Positions 36,387 through 49,935 of a stretch of DNA of 64,000 nt are shown here, piece by piece (position 1 is the stretch's first letter; each line of letters opens with the position of its first letter). Below the pieces are notes generated by a model. That model was not told the origin of the DNA, did no database searches, and saw only the letters and a program-made list of their open reading frames with translations. Source of the DNA: Callorhinchus milii (lineage: Eukaryota); NCBI RefSeq assembly GCF_018977255.1, contig NW_024704742.1, positions 34,164,001 through 34,228,000 on the forward strand, in the 5' to 3' direction. The position numbers were made by a program, and so were the translations under genes.

Positions 36387-36507
36387 TGCCCAGAATTTGG
36401 CAAATTGTTAAAGTTAGTTTTAACTTTGAGAGCAGTTTTCTTGCAGTTCTTAAAAAAAGAATCTTCAAAATTAAGATTGTGCTTAAAATTTGTCAAATTC
36501 TGGACAA
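36387..36507. mobile_element. Palindromic MITE-like element (family P1), short copy
   Basis: CCAGAATTTGGCAAATT..AATTTGTCAAATTCTGG inverted arms around a CAGTTTTCTTGCAGTTCTTAAAAA..CTTCAAAATTAAGATT core shared with 53410-53605. Confidence 0.65.
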
Positions 36508-38673
36508 AGTACTAGATCAATTTGGACCCAGATAGAATTTCTCCACATTCATGTGTTGTTGAATATGTTAATAAAATTCTCAATCATTTAGCTATTACTA
36601 AAAACCTCCTGGTGGCAGCTTCACTCTGTGATCAGGAACATACATTAGTAACACTGATAGTTTCAGGTCCAACCATTGTGACAAAGCTAGGGAGAAGGGG
36701 TGGAAGTTCTGACACTGACACTGAAGGCAAAATACATCCTTATTACAGGTATCCTACACTTTCAGTGATATGAAAATAATTTAAAAGGCAATATTTTCCA
36801 AAATATCTTTGAGCAGGAAAAGAGCTTTATGGATAAAGTTCAGAATAGTTTCATGCATAGCCATTCTGTCATATTCACAAACTGCAAATTCTAAGCAGGC
36901 TAAAGGTTATCTCTATAATATGAAACACATGTGGAACTGGAACTTCAAAAACAATTTAATCGATCTGGTTCTCCTAACTAGGGTTCTCACCAGAATAAAG
37001 ATGTCGAAGTTTGATCACACTGAATAATTTCTGAAACATCACAAATTTGCTCACATTGACAATTTTAACTTTTATTATTTTGTTTAAAAATTAGTCTTAC
37101 AGAAAACTGCGCTTGCTTGTTAAGTGTGCTTGGGTATCAATATGTCTTCAAAACATTTTAAAACATGGCTTTTCCTGCTTCATTAGTTTCAAATTGAACA
37201 TCTCTGACAAGTTGGATTATTTTTGCATCAGTGGCTCTGCTTTCAAATAGAGGAATAGACATATTTTATTGGTGACTACTTTATTTTCTTTTTAAGAATA
37301 AAATATCTTCAGAGAAAGGAGGGCTGCCTGTGTACAGTGTTTTGTACATTCCAAATAGCCATGGTATTCAGCTCAGCTGTGGATCCTAACAAAGCCCCTC
37401 AGGCTTTAGCCCCAACTGGAAGCCCACACTCATCAATACACAGGAGCTGTGAGCAGCTACCACCAGCTCCCACTGAGATAGGCAAACCCTATCAACAGTC
37501 CTATTAACCGCCAGAGGCTTGCTTAGTTTGTTTACAGTGAATACTAACATCACACCAGGCCTCAGGTTTAGCCGTCCTTGAAAACCACTTTCCAACTCCT
37601 TGTTCAGCTATTCACATTAGAGATAAAACTGCTTAATCCCGGCAGTGGTGTCTGGACGAGATGAAATAATATCTTCATTAGCATTTCTGAAGTGTGAAAA
37701 TATCCACTATATTCTCATCATCAAAACCAAAGGGGATTACTGCATTATTCCTGTCTGGCAGCCTGAGATTCATTGCCTGATTGGGAAGGAGAACAGTTCA
37801 AATGATCGCAGACAAAAAAAGGGGGGGTCATTTTGCTTATCTCCTACAAAGCATCAGCCAGTGAATCAGATTTACAAGGCATAGTATACTGACTTTTTAC
37901 GGCAATGTTCTTTCTGTGAGATTGGAATTTAGAAACTATTCTTTAGTTCCTTTAGTGTATATTTTCTGATTGCTACATGTCCAAATGCTCTCAAGTGCAA
38001 ATAATCTGAATCGCTTGTTATAGATTCATGTTTCACTAAATACATTTTAAAACATAGTTATGACAAGTGAGTTGTACACAACAAAGCCAACCCTGTGCAT
38101 GTGTGATATTTAAACATTTGTTCTGTAAATCCCTTCTTAAATTCAACAGAAAAGCCATCCATTATTTAAACTATTATTGCTCACTTATGTCAATTTATGC
38201 CCATATCTCCTTCTGAGGCTTTGCTGGAATTTCCCCTGGTTGATTGACAGCAGATTTATTGCTGGCTTGGTTGCCAATAAATATACTGCTGCCTCCAAAT
38301 TCCTAATTGTTCTGTTGCTGCCACTGCTGATAAAATTAAAATCAGATATTCCAATATCGATTTGGTTGATGCTATGTACTGCCAAAACAGCTGTTTTGCC
38401 TGGACATCACTGGAAGAATGCATGAAACAGCAGGAATAATGGTGCTGTAGTTAAGTGGTGAGTGGACTTAACATAGAGGAAGTCAATGGAAAGGTTTAGA
38501 CATTGAGCTCAGAACCACAGAGGTGCTGGTTCAAAATAAACATGTCTGAAAGAAGACTGGAGATGAGAATGTTTTTATTTCCCCACAGCTGTATGAAAGA
38601 CATTCCCAGCGAAAATAGAATAGTTTGTGTCAATTAATCATTTGATAAATATCTGATGGGGAGTAGATGAAAG

Positions 38674-38903
38674 ATCATAGAATCATACAATCATACAATT
38701 ATAGAATTATACAGCATAGAAGGAGGCCATTTGGTCAATCATGTCTGTGCCTGCTCTTTGAAAAGAGCTACCCAAGTAAATCCCACTCCCCCGCTCTCTC
38801 CCCATAGCGCTGCAAACTTGTCCTCCCCAAATAATTATCTACTTATCTCCTAAAAGTTGTTATCGAATCGGCTTCCACCACCCTTTCAGGCATTGCATTC
38901 CAG
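38674..38903 (-). mobile_element. CR1 LINE 3' end
   Basis: Tandem ATCATA(G/C)A tail then ACAGCATAGAAGGAGGCCATT..CTTCCACCACCCTTTCAGGC..GCATTCCAGA, a typical shark CR1 3' UTR in reverse. Confidence 0.8.
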
Positions 38904-40639
38904 AAGATATGAGGAGAAGATTCAGCTCAATTGATGAAACTCCACAAAGCACAATAGTGCAGAGATTCTTGACTGGAGGATGGACATTGTCCATGCAGGG
39001 CAGTTGGCCAAGTTTGAAGAGTAGAGATGAGGATCAGTGGAGGTGCAGAAATATTTTCTTTTTTCCTTTAGGGTTCACAGAATATCTAAAATGAAGCTTC
39101 CCTCGAAAGATTAAGTATGTGGGGCAAAATCCATTGTAATTTAGATTGCGTGGGCTGTGACAGCAATCTAGTCTGTTGAAGAAATGTGTATGATGGATCG
39201 AGAGGCATTTTCATCATCCAATATTTTGTTATGTTTACAATTATGTTCACAGCTTCTGGAACTCTCTACCTCTATCCACTTAACCCCTCTCTATCTACGT
39301 TTAAATACCACTTTAAAATCTACATCTTTAGGCCTGCCTATGGTCACCTTCCCCTACCCCTTGCTTGGCATCCAAACTGTAAAGTGTTATCAGACGTTAT
39401 CCAACGTGAAGAGCGCAATATAAATGCAAGTTTTTCTTGTATTTATGCTAGTTACCAAAGAGTGGACTCTGGAAGTAGCTCTGAAAGAGCTAGATGTCCA
39501 ACACTGGATATCCTCGTTTGCAGACTTCACCAGGAGGTCTGCCTCTGTCCCATTCAATCAAAATCTTTTTTCTCTTAGCATTTACAGTGGGAAAACGACT
39601 GTCTGAGCTTCTTTGACAAAAAGACAGAATCAACCAACACCAACAATAATCGGTGCAATGATAATCCTGAAAAACAAGCAAAAGCCTCACATTTTTCAAA
39701 GCCTCCTTCCCCATCCCTCCCCCCCGCAAAATGGTATGAGATCAAGGAGTCATGGGAATTCTGAATCAGAAGTAGATTCCACCGGAGTGGAGTTCCTGTC
39801 ACTCAGCAAATCATACACCTGTTACCGGAAGGAATCTTCAGTTGCGTGACTCAAATTCTTTATTGAGGAATTTTTAAATAAAAAGCAGGAATTAAACTTC
39901 ATCATCACATGTAGGTTTCTTCATTCCACAAAACAAGGATATTTTTCAGATTTTCCTTGAACAAAGCCCAGTTAAACCCTCTCAGGATCCAGCAACCAAA
40001 AAATTAGAAGAAATTGTTGCCTCATTTTTCATCAGCAAGATCATGTGAAGAACCAAATAAGGAGAGGTAAACAGCAGCAAAACGTCACTTGGACCAAAGT
40101 ACGCTGAAGCACACTTCCACTGAATGTTTTTTGTGGAAAATAATAGGATTTTCTCTTTGTACCGGAAAAGATAAAGACTTGTTTAGGTTTAATTTCCTCT
40201 CTTTTTTATTTAAGGAAGCTCAACCATGAGATGAAAGCCCAGCACTTAGGAGACAGAGGCCAAGATACATTGAAAGAGCAGCATTTTTCCACAGGGGAGA
40301 TCCACTACTTGGTTGAAGTCAATAACAAAATGTGAGACACCAGAACATAATGAACAAAGGACAAAGCCACTAACAGAGAGGTAACAGCCAAATCCAGTGA
40401 ACTCCAATTGCAAAATAAATTAAAGTGAAGGGATTGCAGGGAAAACACCATATGAGTGTTTTTAATGAATAGCAATAAAGAGCCAGGATTTGACCAACAC
40501 CAACAATCACGTGTGCAATAATAATCAAGAAAGAACAAGCAAAACAATCACCACAGCCTAACATTTTCTAACCTTCCCCCTCCCCATGAGGCTGTGAGGA
40601 AAAAGGTCTGAGGTCAAAAACTAAGTCTATGTTAAAGAG

Positions 40640-41507
40640 TTTGCAGTGCTCATTGGAGGCTTCATCAAGTCCTGGATGAGAGCTAACTTTCATCAGTTGC
40701 ATGTCAATAAGACCGAGGCTCTCCTGATTGGCTCTTGTCCGCGCCTCCTCACCTCAGGCGCTGACAGCATCACCATCCAGGGATGCACACTCCACCTTAC
40801 TAAGCCAGTCCAGAATCTTGGCATCTTGTTTTGACATTCAACTATCCTCCCTACAACACATCCAAACCATCGGTGCAATTCTGCCTTCCCCCAGCTCCGC
40901 AACATTGCCTGGCTCCGCCAAAATCCTCATACACGCATTCATAACATCCAGGCTCGACTACGCAAACTTCCTGTTTGTTGGCCTCCCCAGCTTTTCCCTC
41001 TATAGGTTGCAGATCATCCAGATCTCTGCAGCCTGTGTCCTCTCCCGCACCAGGCTCTGTCACCTCCATCCTCGCACGACTCCACTGGCTTCCCATCACA
41101 CAGAGGATACAGTTCAAGATCCTGGTCCTCACCTTCAAAGCCCTCCATGGCCTTGTTCGCCCCCTACCTCTGCGACCTTCTAACCCAACCTGCCCGCTCC
41201 CTCTGCTCAGTGGGCTCTAGCCTGCTTCATGTCCCCCGCCTCACCCACCCCACCATTGGTGGGCGCGCCTTCTGCCACTCTGACCCCCCCACTCTGAAAC
41301 TCCATCCCACAGTCCCTCTGCCTCACCCCCTCGCTTGCCTCTTTCAAGACCTGTCTCAAGACCCTCCTCTTCAACCATGCCTTCGGTCACCCTCCAACCC
41401 CCCTGCCCTTCACCCTCCCCAATCCCGTCCCCCAGCTCGGATCCAGCACCTTGGGATGTCCTCTGGACCTGAAAGGTGCTAGACAAGTGTAATTTTGTTG
41501 TTGTTGT
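40640..41507 (+). mobile_element. L2 LINE 3' fragment (about 870 bp, longest in window), frameshifted
   Basis: IKSWMRANFHQLHVNKTEALLIGS..VQNLGILF / LIHAFITSRLDYAN..GLP / LARLHWLPITQRIQFKILVLTFKALHGL / TIGGRAF, with a (GTT)n tail. Confidence 0.95.
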
Positions 41508-41534
41508 TCATGTCCTATGTCTGAAGTGGTTCGA

Positions 41535-41892
41535 TGTGGCTTTATTGGTAGCATTCTTGATTCTGAGCCAGAGACTCTCGGTTCAAGCCCCACCTCAGAC
41601 CTTGAGCTCACAGTCTCGACTCACAGTCCACTGCAGTCCTTGGGATGTGTTGCATTGTCAGAGATGTTGTCCTTCAGATGAGACATCAAACCGAGGTTTC
41701 TCTCTATGTCCTGCCCAACAACCCTCCAGACAAAATTTGTCAGTCATTTCATGGCTGTTTATGGGACATTGCCTTGTGCAAATTTGCTGCTGCATTCACC
41801 TACAAATATATAGTCACCACAATTTATAGTACAACACTGTGAAGCATTTAGATGTAATAGGCGCTATATCAAATGGAAGGGTTATTATTTTA
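41535..41892 (+). mobile_element. DeuSINE family B, internally deleted
   Basis: TTGGTAGCATTCTTGATTCTGAGCCAGA..GGTTCAAGCCCCAC..CAGATGAGACATCAAACCGAGG..TGGGACATTGC..GGCGCTATATCAAAT. Confidence 0.82.
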
Positions 41893-42494
41893 TTCATGGC
41901 ATCATCATTTTATACATTTTGCAAGAGGAATGGAGGCATGATGCTCTCCTCCATAGGCAATTATTTCTTGTTCTTGTGAACTTCAACTATTTTTACCAAT
42001 TAACTTGTTTTATTTCTTGTTCCTTTATAAAACTATTGAATTTGGTTTGCAACTGAGGTATTCTTTGTATTTACATTTCAATGTGGAAGTGAAAAAGTGG
42101 ATTTTGTAGTGATACATCATGTATATTCTGCTATTTACTCATAACTGAATATGTGCTAATTCCATCATCCCTATAGAGAGGACAGCAAGAACATTGCTGC
42201 TCTCAGTAATGTATGAGAAAGAAAGTTCATTAAATTTACAACTCTAGGTTAAAATTACAGTATTTTCCCAATGATCTGTTTATGATGTCAAAAAAATCTG
42301 TAAATCCAAAATGAACCACCCAACCACTTTTAGCATTTGATATAGTGTCTTATTAAGTTGTTGAGATGTCTCACAGAATAAAGTGGATAAATGCAATAAA
42401 TGCAAGTTGTTGTTCTAGTTAAACTATCACAAATGAATAGCTGATTAAAATTGTATTACCCAAACCATTTCAACTAATTCTGAAAGTTAGATAA

Positions 42495-42640
42495 CTAAAA
42501 TGGATATGTGAAGGAGAAGGGAATAGAGGGAGGGTGAATAAAGAGGGGTGGAAGCTTATGTGAAATATAAACATAGTCACAGACGAGTTGAGTCAAATGG
42601 CTTGTTTTGGTGATTACATTCTATTTAATTCTATGTATGT
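42495..42640 (+). mobile_element. CR1 3' UTR relic
   Basis: GGATATGTGAAGGAGAAGGGAATAGAGGG..GGGTGGAAGCTTATGTGAAATATAAACA..TTGAGTCAAATGGCTTGTTTTG..ATTCTATGTA. Confidence 0.6.
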
Positions 42641-45600
42641 AAAAAAAAACAGAAATATAAATAGAACAATTTATTTTTCAATGTTACAGAGTTCAGCACA
42701 GACCTATAAGGAGCACAGAAAGTAGAAGCAGTTTATAGGAATGTAACATTCATTGATTAGAGGCAATTCTGATTTTATTAGTTCTTATATTTGTAAAGTA
42801 CTTTTCATAAATATGGAAAAATCTGGAGAGGGAAAATCTATCTGATGAGACATAGATAAACAAGCAAGGTTGTAGTCAAGTTCTATGATACAATATAATT
42901 TACATTATTTAGTGTCTTTTACGTCAGGAGGACATCTCAAAGCACAGTCACAGTGTGGCATCCGAGCTGGCGGTGGAAACCTAGAAGGGTGGATTCATGC
43001 ACTTTATGTCTTCAAAGAATTATTTCACATTGTTCTTTCTTTTTTAGTGTCTTTATTGTGATCGACAAACATGACACATTGGACTACATTAACGTGCCTG
43101 ATGAAATGATTTGAGCCAACATCAAACAAAGTAATAGTTATAACAGATGAGAATAATGACTAAATAAGAAGCTTGATAAATGTAATTTCCACTTCATTTT
43201 CTACAAGTTAGGTTATGAAAATAATTGCTTTAGTCAACAAATAAGAAATTCATCAGCTACTGATATCTCTCTCAATTGATTTGTTTTTCCTGACTAATTA
43301 AGCATGAAACAGTCAATTTTCCTCAAACCATCCATTCTTTTACAGATCATTGCCCAGAGGATAATCCTCAGCTGTCACATTAATAGAAATTTAAAGGTAA
43401 ATCGCCACAAAATCTATACTATTGTCAAAAACCATGTGATTTTCAGTACGTCTTTGAAAGCAATAATACCCTGCCATTATTGTTGAATAGACATTAGCTG
43501 CAACATATTTCTCAATGTAATTTTTATGTAGCATCAGTAGTTGCTAATTTCTTCAAACTTTGGAAGAACAATTTTTTTTTATGTCACAAAGTAAAATTAT
43601 TATTATTATTTAAACGTTGCTGCAGTGAGGCCTATACAATGTGGTCAGGGTCTCTTCCAGCAGGGACTGAACAGAAACATGCACACTGTGCATGCACGGC
43701 CTTTTCCTACAAGCTGAATGCCTTAGCTGCACCCTCAGCATGGTAACCAATGCTTTTCACTAGCATTGTCGTTCTGCTTCCCAAGGTTGAACCAGTGTCA
43801 AATGCAATACTGAATTGATTTTTGTGATGGTCTAACAGCCCACCTAGTCATTTAGGAAAGATACTGCAGCTGGTTTCAGTCTCAGATGCAGACATAATAA
43901 CACAGAGATACATGGACTGCAACAGCAAACCCTCAGGAAAACACATCAAGGTCAAGTATTCTTTAGATTCATATAACTTTGCATTCCCCCCCGTATTTAG
44001 ATTTGGAAATATATTACAATTAATTTTATTACAATAGTTTGGACATATTGGAAATTCAAGGGAAATATAGCACACACATTGAAAAACTAAAGTTTATGTA
44101 AAATGTATTGTCTTCTCTGCCTCAAAAGTGAAATCTTATGAATATTTTACTTTTTAATTTTTCCAGGCCTCAGTATAATCACATTTAACGACTGCTTCCC
44201 ATTTATCTGCAGGCAGCAACATATAATCAGCCCACTCTGTAGGTATAAGTTAACTCATACATAAGTCAGACTTAATTTGTATCTTTTCATTTCACTTCAA
44301 AGGCTGCCACATAAATTGATTCCATGATGAATTTAAAGATCAAACCATTTTATTGAATTTAGTGCATCTATTGTCTGAAATGACTACATCAGCATATATG
44401 GGAAAGAGACTTGAATGTTTAGCAGAGGTCAGATACCTCTTGCAGATTCTCTCTGTGTCAGATACCTACCTTTAGCCAGGTATCTTACACAGAGAGAGAC
44501 CCATCACCATGATTAAGAATCTCCAGGCAAAACTCCTGAAAGGCCATTGGCAGTATGCCTTAAAGTGTTTGTTAAATTTGTGCTGGTGTTAAATTAAGGA
44601 ATTTAACATGGGAATTAGTGATTTTCGGATGTACACTGATTATTCCTAGTTTTACACTGAACCTGCTGTAATAACTTGCCTAGTGACACGGTCCCTCCTC
44701 ACCCTGCTTCCCCCAGGGCTCTGATTTGCAAACTGATCCACCGCCATCTTAAAATTCCACCTTGAGGTGAGAGATCAAATATTGACACCTAAAGAGTCAG
44801 GTAAGCTGTTTTGTTTTAATGCTTAGTTTCTGAGTTAGATCCTTAGGTGAGTGGTGTAAAACTTTCTTTTCGACCGTGGTTTTGGTTAACTCCATCCACC
44901 CCCCAGCTCCCCCTCCCGCAATTGGCTCTGTGAAGCACTTTGAAGTATCCTCCCTACAACAAATTTTACCCCCATTGTGTTTGCACATGTTACATGTGAT
45001 ATGTGTTATGCTAAAAGACTGCTGGCTGCTTATTGTTTTTATTGTAAGATAATACAGTTCCACTGTTTGTGAAGGACTTGAATGTGTAACAGTTAAGATT
45101 AAAGTTACCTTCATCCAATTTACAACTTATCCAAGTTGTCTCAAATAATTATCATAATGTTCACAGCAGCATTAACAAACAGCGCAGAACATCTCTTAGT
45201 GAACGTTTCCATTGATAATCAGAATAGCTTTTAATTTAGCTACTTTTTGATATGTGCTGGACAGCAATCATAAGTATTGCCCTCAAAATCGGTTGCCAGC
45301 ATTGCAATTTGGTTGTGCAAGAAATTACTGCAAGTTTCAGTTGTGTTTATTTAACGTTATAATTAAACAAAGAATTTGGGAACTGCATTTTTCCCCTTAA
45401 GACAGCTGTTGTTTTCTTTTAAGAATTCTCTGCTCCCACTGTGAAACCATATTAGAGATGAGCTGGCTGAGACAAATGGTCTGTCTCCAAACTATATGGC
45501 AACTGTTTATTAAATGGCTCCCAGTAGAGTGAACACTTGATATTGACTATAAGGTAATATAAGGACCATGCTGTGCAATCAGGACAGGCATGCGAATGAA

Positions 45601-47579
45601 ACATCTTTAATCTGAAATCACAGCTGTCAGATTTTTATTAGAAAAACATGAAAGCTGCAGTCAGAGTTCAGAATGAATGTGTCCCAAAAGCCAGTTATCC
45701 CTTAGATGGCAACATTCATGTTCATATTTTATATATAAAATATAACTGTTACTCTATAAATCAAACAGAATTATTGTCAGTATCCTAAAAATTAAAATAT
45801 AGCTCTTTGAGGTTGGCACATCCAATGTGCTGAGCAATCAATAAGCAGCCTGTATAACATCTATACATATTGCTGAAAACTTTTACAGATGTTATGAGTT
45901 TAACATTGTATATGTTATTGGTACACTTCAAATTTCAGCTTTCCTAAAAAAGCATGAGATTCAAGTTCAAAATATAAAGTAAAAAGTGTATATATTTGCA
46001 GAATCAGAAGATAACCACTATCTGGATATTAACCGTGAGACTGAGATAGGGTATATTGATCTATTTAATACTGAAGTGTGCTCAGTTATACTAAAATATG
46101 ATGTACAGATGTATAATCATTTTCTCTGGGTTAACCTTAAACAAACACATTTCCTGGGTTGAAGTGCCCTGTTTGCCCTTAATATTGCTTTCCCAGTAAA
46201 TTTTGCAACGTTATGGATTAGATACTCAACATTAATGTAACAGCCTTTATTATACAAGCATCATATTCATTTTATTCACATAACTGGTATCCCCAGATGT
46301 ATGTTTCAAGGATGCCAGTATCCATGAAAAGCAACATACTCATAATCCCAGCGTGCTCATTTCAACCAAGGTTTGTTTTATGTGAGAATTGCCTGTGCTG
46401 TTATTCCCATTTAATTTAATTCCACTTGTGATTTTTCAAATTAATTAAATGTATCTGTTTTCACATTACATAGAGAGCATGTAGGACATCGTCTGTGTTT
46501 CTTAACAAATACACATACTAAAAAAGAGGCTTTCTGGTTTCCCATTTAAGTCTGTAAAAAAATATATTTTCTATTCTTTCAATTTTCTCCAAATCGAGGA
46601 ACATTAACTCCCATTTGTAAACTTTTTTGACATATTTTTATCAAGTTTTGAACTACAAAAATGACAGAATTGTGTGTTGTAAGGTCGTACAGATGACATT
46701 TCTTGCACACGTGTAGCATGCAAGATGTGATGTCAGTGGCAATCATACAGCCCAGAAGTTGTCCATTTTTGAAGATGAAAGCTGGACAAGTCAATGCATA
46801 AATCATTGCAATACATATATATACACAATACGAAACATTTGTAAATATACATTTGTATATGTATATATATATTTTAAAATGAGCAATTATCTATATTCTC
46901 TGAAATCAAGCGGTAATAAGTGAGAATGGATACAAGCAGGCTTGCATACAGCCTACAAAAGCAACACTGTCTTGGTAGCAAACAATTCATACCAGATTAA
47001 CTTATATTACACTATATATATGCAGAGAGAGAGAGAGAGATGAAGCTTTCATTGATGCACTGAAGATTATGCATGAAAATTGAATCCTTCATTAATATGT
47101 GGCTATTTCAGGACATTCATCATTGCTACCAGTCTTCCAATAAGAAGTAAAAACTCAATTTATTACATCTATGCATATATTGCATTATTTTTAATATCTG
47201 TAAATACATATGAATAGTCCCACATTCAAGTTGGTTTTTAATTTAACTAAGAGATGATTTAATAAATCCACGCATCAGAGTTTGGGATTAGGATTTGCTG
47301 CTTCTTTATTTTTCAACTCCTTCTTCTCTGTTTTTTTTGAAGTCAGCTTTTACAGTTGACTTCTCCTGTGCAACCTAGAGTTGGTCTTTGGAAGAACTAG
47401 GTAACTTTGGATCTAAAGTTCACAAAGCTTTCCACTATGTTGGTAGACTAATCCAAACAGAATTAATTGCTATTAACATCTCCATTATTGTAGCATGCGA
47501 ATACCAGGATGGCAGAAGGTGGAATAGATGGACCTTGGTCTATTTTTGTTCCGTATTTCATTTAGCAAATCAAAAAGAA

Positions 47580-47750
47580 ATGTGGTCACTCAATCCATAA
47601 CTTTTTGTGGGACACTGCTCTGTGCAATTGGTTGCCGCGTTTCACTACAAAATATACAGCCAATTCACTTTACAGTATATTCTGTGAAGCGCTTTGAGAC
47701 GTCTTGTGGATGTCATAAGGCCCTATATCAAATGCAAGGATTATTATTAT
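47580..47750 (+). mobile_element. SINE family A 3' half
   Basis: GGTCACTCAATCCAT..GTGCAATTGGTTGCCGCGTTTC..GTGAAGCGCTTTGAGACGTC..GCAAGGATTATTATT. Confidence 0.88.
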
Positions 47751-48194
47751 GCTCTTATGTTCCTGCCACAAGCCCAAATTCAGAATTTAGGAAACCTTGT
47801 CTCATTTGTAGTTTTTTTCTTTTTGAGAGGAATGATGGAAGACAGGTCTTGAAGAAAGAGAATCCTAATGATTGGTTCAAATACTTGTTCCTGCTATAAA
47901 AAGTTCTTCCGTTTCCAATTAACTGATGCACAGAAAATATGCGTATCATGACACTGAGCATGCCCTGTAGCTGTACTGCCAATGTAAGCTGCTGAGTGTC
48001 ACAGATTAGGAAACAAAGGTTCAAAGAAGATGTTAATAGCAGCACTGGACGAGAAGCGTTCAATTATTTTCACAGTGTCATGACCAAATCTAAGCAAGCT
48101 CCCTTTGTTTTCTGTGTTATTTCTTTTCTATAATGTGTCTTTTTAGCTTTCATTGTGAATCAAATGGTGGCTGAGCTTTCATTTGCTATGCCCT

Positions 48195-48382
48195 CTACCC
48201 CTGCCTCTCCCCCTCGCCTTCTCTCTATCTATCTTTAAATCCCACCTTAAAACCTATCTCTTTGATCACACCTATGTCACCTCCCCCTCAACCTTCTCCC
48301 TTGCTCAGCATCCAATCCTGCCATTGTGGAATGCTCTGAGATGTTATCCAATGTTACGTGTTATATTAACGCATGTTGTTGT
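48195..48382 (+). mobile_element. L2 LINE 3' end
   Basis: Translates SIFKSHLKTYLFD. TGTTGTTG tail. Confidence 0.75.
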
Positions 48383-48855
48383 AATTGGACAAGGAATTAC
48401 GAGGGGTGGAGGCTCGTTGGCACACAAAGACTGGCGTAGATTACTTGAGCTGAATTACCTGTTTCCGTTCTGTATATAGCTTTAACCTAGATGATAATGG
48501 GCTGCAGTATTCACATAGAAGTATCTGCACACATAGCAACTTCCAAATTAAATTGCGGTATTCAACATGTAATTCAATTAAAAGATAAAATTGAGGCCAA
48601 AAATTCCTGTCTTGCCTACATTTTGTGACTGGCATTGTACTTTCCAATGTTTTGTCAGTGAATTCTGTGCCTTTTTATGCCAAGAAACACCCAGAAAACA
48701 AAAACCTAACCACAATTGGAATCCAGAAGCCACAATAGTGGTTGGTGTTTTGATTTCAGGTAGTTTCTTAGCCAAAAAAAGGCCAAACAAGTCTGCAAGT
48801 AAAACTCCGGAAGTAAGTGCTGCATTTTAGAAGCCACTTAACATTTAAAATGTTT

Positions 48856-49040
48856 ACAACAACTTGTATTTATATAACGCCCTTCACGTGGGGTAGCTTT
48901 CCAGAGCGTTTGACAGTGTGGAGTCTGACAACGAGCCAAGAGGAGAGGGAAGGGGGAGGTGACTGTAAGCACGATCAAAAAGGAAGGTCTTTAGGCAGGA
49001 TTTGAAGATGGGATGGGAGGAAGGGAGGACATGGTGCTTG
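48856..49040 (-). mobile_element. L2 LINE 3' end
   Basis: ACAACAACTTGTATTTATATAACGCCCTTCAC..AAAAGGAAGGTCTT. Confidence 0.75.
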
Positions 49041-49654
49041 GATGGTGATAATTATAAGCTAATTCACATTTACTTCAGGTTTATCTCCATGCTGGGTATT
49101 TGTTTTTGTTTTCATTCAGCATAGAATAACATTGAGGTCATTATGGATAGCTCCAGCCTCACAACAAAAGCAGCCCTAATAATCAATATACCTTCCAATT
49201 ATCCAGCTGCACAAAAGTCTAACTCCCAGTTATCCTATTAGTAAGAAACAAAACATTGCTCAACAGGTCACGTCTGCTTTACATTAAGAACACAGAGCAA
49301 TACATCACATCACACAATGCCTTTCTTTAGACTTGTGGTGAAATGCAGACGTATTCCAAAATGTTGTGTTATCTACTCTTCTATCTAAAAAAAATCATCA
49401 TTTCTTTAAGACTTATTAGACATTATAATAGTATTACAACTTTTTGGTCACCCTGTAGAAATGGAGCAGGAAAGCGTTCACAGAAGTTTAATTTCACTCA
49501 TGAAATACGCACGTTTCATAGTATGCATGTTTGTTAAGGGATTACAGAAATACACTGGAAGATGTTGCTCACTATTGAAACAAAATTGTTACAATAGCAC
49601 TGCTTATTGATTTTTTTNAACATTTCTATAGATTTTTTTTCAAAATTCATTTTA

Positions 49655-49935
49655 TTAACAATCACAGCTCCGACAGCTGCTTGAGTTTTGATCCTCTTTC
49701 AGAAGTTCAAATTGTTTCATTTGGCAATCACACGGAGAGAGCGTTGCCCATTAACACGTGCTGTTCATTGTGTTCTTTTCAATTGGCTCCTGTTAACCCT
49801 GAACGCTGAAGCCTGAAATGGTAGGAAGGTCCTAGCTGGACAGGCAGCGGGAAGCTTACTAGACAATGAATGCATTCAATGACAAGCTATATAAGGTTTA
49901 ACTGGTTAAACTCCAGCAGCACTCTGAAGAATACT
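49655..49935 (+). promoter_or_regulatory. Candidate TATA promoter or enhancer
   Basis: Repeat-free segment with E-boxes CAGCTG and CACGTG, CATTGT/ACAATG Sox-type sites, ATTGG (reverse CCAAT), and TATATAA at 49888-49894. Confidence 0.3.
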
